Positions 34,220 through 45,141 of a stretch of DNA of 64,000 bases are shown here, in pieces. The first letter of the stretch is position 1; the number at the start of each line of letters is the position of its first letter. Under the pieces are notes generated by a model. It was given only the letters and a program-made list of their open reading frames with translations, ran no database searches and had not been told where the DNA came from. Both the position numbers and the translations under genes were made by a program. This stretch comes from Halocafeteria seosinensis (taxonomy: Eukaryota): NCBI GenBank assembly GCA_001687465.1, contig LVLI01000143.1, forward strand, positions 1 through 64,000, read 5' to 3'.

Positions 34220-37200
34220 ATGTCGTTTGTGGCGTTCCGAGATAGCACCAACACCATGGGATCTGCCCACAATGTTGTGGCCGGAAAACAAGAAGTTCAG
34301 GCGTCGGATTCGAAATCAAAGGATGTCACAGCTTCTCAAGCACTCGAGCTAGATACCAGTTTTGAAGGCGATAGCACACCATTTTTGGATGATCAGAGCA
34401 GTGTTGACAACGATGAGAACGCAACAGAAGATAGCAGTTTGATTTCGTTGGGGGATAGCTTAACTGCGGAGGATCTGAATTCCTCGACCAAGATTGAGGA
34501 CGAAAATGGCGCCAGCATGTCCACGAAAGCGTCTTCTACTACGGACGGTGAACAATGTGTTTCAGTATTTTTGCGAGTTCGTCCTTTCACCCAGGCTGAA
34601 GAATCGCGAAGTGAAAAGGAAGCCTTGACAGTCGTGTCTTCGTAAGTGAGATCCCTCCTCTTAAAAATGTATAGCACTAATGAAACTCCGTCCCACTTAT
34701 ATTGCAGTGAGGACGGCACGACCGCATTAGACGTAAATGGCGAGACACACAGATATCAGTTTACACGAGTGATGGGACCAGAATCCACTCAAGCCGATAT
34801 CTATGAATCCGTTGGAGCACCGGCTGTGGAGGGAGCTCTGAAGAGCAACAAATTCAGTTTCTTGTTTACTCATGGTGTGAGCAATAGTGGAAAATCTTTC
34901 ACTGTGCTCGGAAACTCGGCCAACCAAGGTTTACTTCCTCGCATTGTCTCAAACGTTGCCGAGAGCACTAAGGACAGTGACAACATGAGACTAACTCTGA
35001 GCGTACTGGAAGTAACTGGCAAGTGTATGAAGGATCTCATTGAACCTGACAACAGTGTCGTCTTTAAAGACAAGGGCAAAAAGCGTGTTTCGAATGTAAG
35101 CTATTTATTACACTTCCTTGGAAGCTGCATGCTTGACAACTTATTTCCTCATCTATCTGCTGCTTTTTCAGTTTTCGGTAGACAATCTCTCCGAGCATTC
35201 GTTCGAGAGAATGGAGAAGGCTAACTCTCTAATCAACAGTGCCCTATCACGAAGAGCAACAGCCGCAACTGGGATGAATGAAGAGAGCTCAAGGAGTCAT
35301 GCGTTGTTCATTATCAAGTGCTACTCGAGTGAGGACAAGGACGAAGAAGAGCAATGTATAGGAGGAATCACTCTTGTGGACATGGCCGGGGCTGAGAGAA
35401 TCGACAAGTCTTGTGCCTATACAGAAGGAGCTGACAATAAGGATACACAGCAAAGGTTAGTCGCTTGATATTTCTGATTCTCTCAATGAAACTGCTGGCT
35501 CAAATATTTTCCTTTCGGATTCTTGCCAGAACGAAAGAAAGCGGACAGATCAACGGATCTCTGTTTGCTCTTTTCGAGTGTTTTCGGGAGTTGCAGCGCT
35601 GCTCCAAGTCCTCCAAAAACTCAGGTACACTTGATGCTCGGAAGGTGAATCCAGTGTTCCGTCGCCAAAAGGAACCTCTAGTTAAGATCATCCAACCCTA
35701 CCTTACTGGGCAAATTGGTAAAACGAAGTCGTCCCAGGTGATGGTTTTGTTGACTGCGTATCCTGGTTACAAGGATGTGGGTGAGAAGAAGTCCGTCTTT
35801 AGGGTAAGTCATAGGAAAGGAATCTAGGATCTCACAATATGAGATTTCTGTTTATGCCCGCAATGTTTGCAGCAAGCCCAAAATGCACTTGGAACCTCAA
35901 TGAAGTTCAGTAACATCCCCTCAAGGATAAGTACGTACAGACCAAACAAATCGAAAGGCGCGAAACTGGGGCAGAGCCGTTCCAAGCGAGATCGTGATGC
36001 CGAAGATCAACTGGTCGGAACAAATACCGATGAAGATGAGTACGGAACTGCGGAATCCCCCCAGAAGCGCCGGCATACAAATGACGGTGTCGTATCTGCA
36101 CCCTTGTCGGGAAAGAAGGGCATCTACTTACACATTTTGAGAATGAAAGTGGCTAGAGAGGCTCGAGATGCTGCTATTCGTCGCTTTAGTTGCCCGACAC
36201 CAAAGTCTACAAAGAAATCTGTTTCCAAGATGAAACGAAGTACCCAAAAGCGAAATACCCCAAAAAGAGAGGAGAGCTCGACGAATGAAACTCCAAGGAA
36301 ACTTGACTTTTCATTCAAACAAAATGATGAGACTGTGGATACGAAAGCCACCGGCGAATTCCGATTCACCCAAGGATTGCTCAGTAAAATGGTAATAGGA
36401 GTCAAGCAGATCCTGGAGCCCCCTCATTCTTGCCCAGTACTTGAAAATGGTCAATTTGAAGATCATGCGGATGCAACTTACTTGAAAGAGGCTTCCACAG
36501 ATGAAAAGCAATTCATGATTGACAGGGTTCTCAACAGCGTTCGTAACCAGTTTGTAGACTTCCGAGCCCTTCAGCAGAAGAAAGACGAGGAGCTGCAGGA
36601 AGCTGAGTCGCGAGCTGAGAAGTACAAGGAAGACAATAAGGAAAAGGATGACGAGATCTTGAAAGCCAAATCCCGGATATCAGAACTCCTAGAGCGGCTA
36701 GACAATGCGGAATCAGAACGAAACGAGCTACATGCGACAGTTGCGCATAAACAAAAGGAATTGGACCAAGTAACAGAGCACTTTACATCGCGAAGAGGCG
36801 ATATGGTGAAACTGAGGACGGAGTTATCCCGTGCCCAGGCCGAATTATCCAATGTGAACTCTGACTATGAAGCACTCTCAACTGAATACGAAGAGTTAAA
36901 GGAGCAAGCGGCCTCTCTTCAAGAGACAATTGGTTTGCTCAGAGAGCAATCCGCTATGAAGCAAGAAGATCTCCGCTCAATGGGAGAACGAGCTGTAGTT
37001 TATGGAAGCACGGAGATTGCTTCGCTGAAGAAGCAACTAGAAGATTCCAACTGTACGAAGCAGGAATTGCAGGGTAGGATTGCTTCATTAGGCAAAGAAA
37101 ATTCGACATTTCGGCAGCAGCTCGCTAGCGTAGAGGAAGACTTAAACAAAGCGTCGCAATTAAACAAGAGCTACTCAGAGTCTCTTGCTGAGACCCAAGC

Positions 37201-38902
37201 GGACAACTCTGCTCTCCAAGAACGACTTAGAAGGGTGGAGACTCAAAACCGCGAGCAACATGCTAACATGAAGGCTAGAATCATTGCCGCCAAGAATTCC
37301 CGTAGAGAGCTTAGTGCTCAACTGGAAGATCATAAGGAACAACTACACAAAACGCAGGAACAAAAAGCAAGGGAAGTATTAAGTTTGTCTCAGCAACTTG
37401 AATCCACTAAAACGGAATTAGATCGGTTGAAAGTTGAATTCCAAACGCAATCCAGCTCATTGAGAGAAACACGAGAAGCTGATAGAGCAGAAACGGGAAA
37501 GACATTTGCCAAGCTTCAGCGAGAATTACGCGTCAAGTCTGATAGAATCATGCTGCTCAATCAGAGAGTGCATGTAGCTGAAGGGAATTTGACTGAGCGA
37601 GGCTATGCATTAGTTGCTTCAAAAGAGAGGCAGGCCAATCAAGAATTAGCTGTTCTTAGTTTGCAAAAAGAGCTGCAAGAACTGGAAGAGTCTAAAGTCG
37701 TTGCGGAACTGGATAGCAGCGAGATAAAACGGGCCCTTGATGGCAAAACAAGAAGAGCTTCTGAGCTAGAGGAGCAAGTAGCATCACTGGATAATGCGCG
37801 AAGCAAGCTGCAAAAATGCTTGGAAACTAGGACAGAAAACGAACAGCGTTTCAAACAAGAGGCTGAGCAAAAGCGTGGCCAGATTGAAGAGCTGCATCAG
37901 GCACTCCAAGAAACGCGTCGTGAACTGGGAGATACGCGGCAAGAGTTGCAAGCGTACTCGAACAATTACGTATCTACCAAAACTGATCTTGAAGCCGAGA
38001 ACCAGGAGCTGAAGGAAACTATCGCGTCCCTGGAGAAGGAGTTGGACTCCACTCGACAGTCGTTGGAAAGAGTGCAATCACATTACGTGGAAATGTTTAA
38101 AGAGCGGAAGCAGCTCGAAGAGGTACTAGGGATTCCTCAAAACGAGGTGTCCGTTGCGCCTGTTGAGCCTACTCGTTCGGCACAGGAGCAGACTAAGAAT
38201 CTGACATACGCTCAGACTGTTTCTTTCAAGATGTCTAAGAGTGCACAAACTCAGTGCCAGAATAGCATCACCCCTAGGGATAGTAATTCTGCAGAATCCC
38301 TTATCGAGACCTTGACGACCCAGGCTTGTGCGAAGGACGGTGAACTCCTGAATACAATCCGTCGAATTAAGGACGGTCGTGAGCAAATCATCCAGAGAAT
38401 AAACCAGCTTAACCGGCTTAAGAAGAAGTTAGAGTCGCAATTAACAGAGGAGAGTGGACGCCGAGAGAAAGTGGAGAAGCAACTAGCTGAATCCAACCGA
38501 GAACTAACTTCCCTTCGGTCGCAGGTACAAACCGAAATTGAGCCAAAGAACCACAAGATTAAGAGCCTGGAATCAAAACAGAAACTGTTACGTTCTTTAA
38601 TAGCTTCACTTGTCTCAGGACTTCGCCACAAAAGATCTTGGAGAAAAACTGCGGCTGTGGCCTGGGCCAATTTCTTGGGCGTCAACCGCGAAGAGTTATG
38701 CCGCGCATTCCTCGAAGGAAGGTACGAAAAGTTCGAGAGAGCTCTTGCAGACGAATGCGGCAACACTGTCGCTGAATATTTTGTGGAGATCATGGACTCG
38801 TACTCAGCCGATACTAAGGATTCCATCCCGGCAAAGGTGTCGGATGACTCAGAAGCTTTCAGCGACTTCACTAAAGCTGGCAGAAATGGAAAGCCTGTTT
38901 AG
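34220..38902 (+). CDS. Kinesin motor protein (kinesin-6-like P-loop) with a long coiled-coil tail
   Basis: Exons 34220-34641, 34708-35095, 35172-35455, 35530-35803 and 35873-38902. Motifs: VFLRVRP, P-loop GVSNSGKS, switch I NEESSRSH, switch II DMAGAE, and 'ESGQINGSL'. Confidence 0.92.
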
Positions 38903-38912
38903 ATTTGTAGTT

Positions 38913-39126
38913 CTCGTATAAGGGTAATCCTATAAAGCGATAGAAGACCCAAATAAGTAAGTTAGCAAAGCACCCTAATAACACAAGTATTCATGAACGC
39001 TCTACATAGGTGTGATTCCCTCGTATAAGGGTAATCGTATAAGCCGATAGAAGACCCAAATAAGTAAGTTACCAAAGCACCCTAAGAACACAAGTATTAA
39101 TGAACGCTCTACATAGGTGTGATTCC
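38913..39126. repeat. Tandem duplication, 107-bp unit x2, between convergent stop codons
   Basis: CTCGTATAAGGGTAATC...CTCTACATAGGTGTGATTCC starts at 38913 and again at 39020, with a few substitutions. Confidence 0.95.
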
Positions 39127-39204
39127 TCTTGAGGCAACCATTCTCGCCGTAGATGGCAGTACATTAGGGATCTGGAAATATTAAAGAATGATGCCCTTAA
39201 CTGC

Positions 39205-41146
39205 TCATTCGTCTGAATACTCATCCATTTGGGAATCAGATATGTACTCTCTATAAAGTTGGTCGTGAAATGCAAGCATCGTTGCTGCATTCACTTTGTA
39301 CTCATATAGCTGGTCAAGTTCCTGCTTCGATTTCACCGGGAGATTCCGCATGCGGCAGCTCACCAACTGTGCCAAAGTTGAGATAATCAGAAACAGCACC
39401 CCGAACACTAACAGACGGGTTGCCGTATCTCCAACCCCTACGGCATCCATGACGTGATAGTAATAGTCTTGGGATATCTGAGTCTGTTCAAATATAGTTT
39501 GCATTAAGTCATTCTGAGCGACGAATGAAGGAAGATGCTTCTTCCAAGCCCATAACGTATCCAAGAAAACAGTAAAGAAAAGGATCGGCAGTAGCAACCA
39601 CATGAAAAGAACCTTATATTTCCACCATGCACTCTGTTTTGCACGTCTCCTGGCTTGTTCCGTTAGCTCTTTTTCCACTTCGTCAATGAGGGACTCACAG
39701 TCCGCTTTCAGTTGGTTCATATTCGTTTGAACTTTGGACTGAATAGTTTCATCGATATCGTCCACTAACCTATACAAACTGTTAGACTCATCACTGAAGG
39801 CTCTGCGCTCTTCTGCCTCTGTATCTGCAGTTTCCTTTTGTTGAGGAATCCACATTGTCGGTACCTCAAGCCCATGGGTGTTGGACACATTATCTGATAG
39901 CCTCTTTGTAAGTTGAACCAGCAATTTCGAGAGATCCTCTCGATTGTTTACAGAGTCTGCCTTCGTCAAAAAGTAGCGCATCTTTCGATGATGCTTGGCG
40001 TCCTGCAAAACAGGAAATCAAGTCAACACATTCGGGGTTTACAGCCTAAACTCGTCTTCTAAGCCTGTGCTTACGTTCAATGCTCTGACCACCGACATCG
40101 TTCGGGTGCAATTGGATCCACCATGAGGATCCATGAAGACGAAGATGATATCAGATATTGCTGCAAGCCTTTCAATGAGTTTGTTTGGATCAAAGGGGTA
40201 CACAATACCGCCATCAACTAATCCCGGTGTATCGATGAAGTCCACCATAGGAAATTCTCGGGCTTTAGACGTCGAAACATTTACTTCCAGATGCTCATAA
40301 AAACCTGATAAGCACACAAGCGAGACATACTCATGACTCTGTTTGGCTTCAAAAAAGACATGATGCCCAGTATAGCCACACACCATTAACATCTTCCCCC
40401 GACAAACCTGGTTCTCGATTCCCACCCAGGGCCATCTGGATATGTTTATGCTGCTGTAATGCCGACTGCCCTTTCAGAATTTGATCACGCTTGCCGAATG
40501 TAACAATACCGAACCCTTTCGTCTCCACAGCCATGCCTGTATTAGTGTCAAAATCAAGCATGATTCCTTAGCATTCCTCGGCTAGGACCTCCAATCTTGG
40601 AAGGACTTGTTCTCCTTACCTGTTCGCTGTAGCTGCTTCTGGATGTACCAGTTGATAAAAGAAGATTTGCCTGACAAGCTAATAGTCCATAGGTGGTGAT
40701 AAATACTGTATAATGCCTTTATACTGTATGAAAGGAATTCTAGTCCATACCTGCACTATGGTTCCCCACAATCAGTACTGTAATTCGTTTCCTTGGGTGA
40801 ATAAAGTCCAATCCCACGGCCTTGCCCATTGTCTCCAATGACACCTCCCCGAGAGCCTTGGAAGCCTGCAGTATAATGCATTTAAAGGCATCAAAATACA
40901 TGAAAGGAATTCTTGCTTCTCTCATGCGCTGCAGAGAAGAACCCACCTTTTCCGGGTTGCTATAGCAATAATACACTTGGTCCAGGATCCTGCAAGTAGC
41001 ACGTACCGATGGAATAGATGCTATAGAATGTCATGGGAGACTTCATTATATCGTACATACCTCTCCACGAGAGCATTGCCCTCGCGAGAATCTGAGGCCG
41101 AGCCTTGATTCTTTTTGCCTCCTTTCTTCCCCATTTTATCTTCCAT
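39205..41146 (-). CDS. Dynamin/EHD-superfamily P-loop GTPase with two C-terminal hydrophobic segments
   Basis: Multi-exon gene with start ATG at 41146 or 41134. G1 'IVGNHSAG|KSSFINWY' is split by an intron; also 'AVETKGF', G3 'FIDTPGLVDG' and G4 'LTKAD'. TM-like segments lie in ORF 39205-40008. Confidence 0.85.
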
Positions 41147-42094
41147 TGGTATCAACCCGTACTACGACACCTCTAATGGTTCTCGTAAACTAGTCTATCA
41201 AAATCTATCGTCCTAGTAGAGATACAAAGATGACCTGCATGAATGGACGAGCGACCACTCGAATACCTTTTTTGTAGTTTTATTGTAGGGGGCTCTATAG
41301 GGGGGCATGGTCCCCATGATTCATCTTCACATCTTTGTCTAGTGTTATTATGGAACACGTTCGTCCCATAATACTGTAATATATAAGTAAAGTGCACTTA
41401 TATCTATACTTTGAGTGGATTTTTTCGGTTACAGTCCACGTTAATAGTCCAGAAATCCAACTGGAATTTCAACACAGGAGTCAGGGAGCAGATATTCGAC
41501 TATACAAGGCAATTATGGCTCCCACACAACTACAGACAGAAAATACCAGTACACATCCAACTCACTCAAACAGTGATCCTGAAATACTGGCTGCCGCAAG
41601 GTTTCATTCAGAGGAAAGAGCCAACCTTGCTCCCAAGTTGGTTCCCACGTTGAATTCCTCTCATTCAATTGACCCACTACACACTAATGTATGCAATAAG
41701 GATACGCACACGTATACATACATAAAAGCACGTGTTCTTCGGCATCAACCACTGCCTTTGCTCTTCTCTAGAATTCCTTTCCCGAGAACAGATCGTCTTT
41801 TCACCGTCATCTTGACTGGGCGGATCTAGGGTCCCCATATAGCAGTATCTAGCCTCCATATACACAGGATATCCTATCGCAGGCGTGCAAGCTTATCGAA
41901 CTTGAGCTCCGCCTTTTACTGAGCTTAACCGAGCTTGCATCCATAAATGCGTACTTGCATGAATGCAACTTTTTAGAGTCGCTTCGGCGACTTTCCCATA
42001 TTAAAACACATTAACAGTGAAAGATAGAAACATCCCCGCATCGATGCTACTTACTGTATCAGCAGTGGAATTCTGGAAGTGTCATTTGCATTGG

Positions 42095-43868
42095 CTAGAA
42101 GTGCATATTGCGAATGGAGCTAAATGGAGAACCTGAAGTCACTTTCGATTCGACGCGATGAGGGGGGTGCCACTTATGCAATGTCCCTGAACCTGTCAAT
42201 GCCAGATTGGATTTCACGGGATCGTATTTCGAGGGATGCGAACCAAACATTCGCTTCCGTCGAGAGGCTTCCTGCTCCTTGTGGGCGATATACGCGAGAG
42301 TACTACGGATACTTAGCTTCAGTTCCGAATCATCCTCGGATGAAACATTGGTCAGTTGCTCAGAAGCCTTTATGAGCTCCTTCTCTGAAAGTGTGCGGTT
42401 TACTAAGCTTAGCAGTGGATGCCCAATTCGCCGTGCGGAGATTGAGAAGCAGCCCCGGATGACAAAGTTGCCCTTGTCGACTATCAGAAGCATCTCAGCA
42501 TTACAGTGGACATGACCAAGCTTCAGCGGAGAGGCAGAGTGCTCTTCGATATCAATCTTGGCAAATGCGACGGGATCCCTGAACATGCTCTGTTGTATAA
42601 GGGAGTTGTGATAGCCACCTCGGCATTTGTCGACTCCAGATTCTGCTTTTGGGACGCTGTTCCATGTAGATACTACGGCGTAGCGATGGCGTATTCCAAG
42701 TATTTGGGTCTCAGTGGAAGCGACGCTACCAGTATTTGTTTCGCCAGCAACTAGCGAAATATCCCAGGGTTCAGAAGACTCATCGTCACTATCGGATACC
42801 GTTGTCTCTGACGATCCGAGCAGACGTAGTGCTCCATTTTTCGTGTCAGCGATCAGTACACCCTCTCCGGCGACAATATGCATACCTCGCGGTTCATTAA
42901 ATAAAGCTGCATTTGCTGGACCGTCCTGATACCCAGCAGATGCTTCCTGTGCATCTACGCTGGCCGTCGGGAGGAGGATGCCACCCGCGATAGTTGTAAC
43001 TTCGTACTCCTGTAAGTTGTCGGTGGCAGGGTCGCCATCAGCAGGTCTATGAATTGCTCGAATGCAATGGGCACCAGTGTCGCTAACGAGAATAGCCCCT
43101 TGGGAATCTATGACGAGGGAAGTAGGCTCCACGAAACATGCACTTGACAGCAACCCGTCGCTCTGTCCTCGACCGCTTGCTTGAGACACCGTCTCTAAAG
43201 TCCACGCCGCTGCGTCTTGCTGTTCTAGACGGCGCAGGCAGCTGTTGCCCGTATCCGCTATCAATAATGATCTATCCTGCAGTAGAGCTATGCCTTCAGG
43301 TCTACTTAGCCGAGTATGAGTTCCATGCCCATCCTTGAGTCCCTGTTTGCCATCTCCAGCAATCACTTCATCCTGCAGCACAGCCAAGCCACCGGCGTGT
43401 TTCCCCCCAGGCACTCCCAATTTGATCCTTCTTATTCGATGATGCCCCGTATCGCATAGGCACACTGTAAATTTAGTCCTAAACTTCAATGAGATGTGCT
43501 TTTGTTTCCTCTCTGACGGCGAAAAGACTTCTGTCAATATCGGACACGTTGGCCGTAGGAAAGGGTGCAGTCCTTTCAATTTCTCGAGCTTTAACTCATC
43601 CCTTAAGGTCGATGCAAATAGCAGACTCGAACAGTGGTCGTCACAAATGAGAAATCCTGTTGATGAGGGTAAAGCTAATATACTATTGGGCGAATGGAGC
43701 CGGGTGTGATCTAGGGGACCTTCTCTGATACCACGTTTACCTGCAGGCACAAATGCACTTTAAGAAAGTCCTATACGCAAGCAGGAAGGGTAACTACGGC
43801 TCACCATCACCAATTAGTGTCCCTACGACCAGAGTCGAGGAGCTCGAGATCCTATCTTCCGCGTTCAT
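42095..43868 (-). CDS. NHL-repeat beta-propeller protein
   Basis: Exon 43868-43805 (MNAED..TLIGDG), intron 43804-43741, exon 43740-42095. NHL motifs: 'RPEGIA..LLIADTGNSCLR', 'EPTSLVID..LVSDTGAHCIR' and 'GYQDGPANAALFNEPRG'. Confidence 0.88.
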
Positions 43869-45141
43869 TGCGCCAGCAGACACAACAGAAATCGGACTCC
43901 GTCACTTCCAAAATGAAGATGAGCAACGTCTACAACGTTGCATTGCTTCCCCGCGGAGTAGGGGGACTCTACCTACACCTATTGTGTAGTCAAAAACGAC
44001 ACTGTGCTTTTTGGTTGATCTATAATACTCTGTTCATTGGTTCATGTACAGTCAATAATGTTTCCGATGGCCATCCAGTCAATTTTGAAGGACTGGCTCG
44101 CAACTCTTTGAAACCGCAGACAGGAAGAAACTCTTCTGGCCATCGGGTTAAATATCAGAAATGCCGCAGTTGGTTGAGAAACTTTAGACCTGCTGCTTCA
44201 GTGACTGCCTGGCAAACAGTACGAGGATGTCCGTCATGTTCGCTGGTAATCCTGCGTCGACGAATATCGAGAATTCTAAGCAATAATTGGTCTCTTCGCA
44301 TGCGGGATGCCTCAAAACAAAATTTTGATACGGTAGATTAGCTCAGTGCTTTTTGTTGTTATCACACACGAGAGTTGGTAGAGGAGAGAGTCCTCTTCTT
44401 GTATTGCTTTGAAGCTCTAAGTTGGAAGAGACGAGCCAATGAAGTACAATGAAGCCAGATTAAGCTTTCGTTGACCTCTCTATGGATTGGTCTTCCTCAT
44501 TGGTTTCCTCATATAGACTCATTTTGATTAAAGGAGGTGCGTTTGCAAGCCACTAACCTAAAACGTGCCTTACGTAGAGTTCTCATGTCCGCTTCAAACT
44601 TGTCAGTGAGCGAGACGCAAACATTTCACGTTTTCCAACCTAGTTCCCCTGAACGCCTGAAGCCTGCCCTCAATCATCAAGCACATCCAACACAATTCCA
44701 TATCCATATCGACCGAGTCACGGCTTCTATGATGATGACTGACTCGGGAGAAGCCTTCTCAATTATGTTCTCGGGGTATTCTGAAACATTTGTTTGGTGG
44801 CTTTGCTCACCCGCTCCAGCGGCTGGCAGCTTCTTCATCAAAAAAAAAAAAGCAAGTCAATACGAGAGTATTGAGGCTCGCCTATACTATTTGGCTTATA
44901 TGTAAATATCTACAAAGTATATCTATTGTCTCCATGGGTCCTCTGTGGATTGAACATTGTGTCTAGAAGAATCCCAAGAGCTGGGGCGCAGCGCAAAGGG
45001 GCCTCGTAGGGGACCACAAGAAAAAGGAATTCTACGTATAGGACGTTCTGTATCTGTCCCAAGGGGCCCTAAACACCCTGTTATCGGTGTCGAAAATCCG
45101 TTGAACCCAGTCTTTTTTTTCTTTTCTTTTTCGCTCAGAAA

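Noticed and set aside
43900..44900. ORFs 43817-44341(+), 44537-44905(+) and a possible minus-strand spliced gene
   Set aside because: No recognisable motifs and no consistent exon chain.
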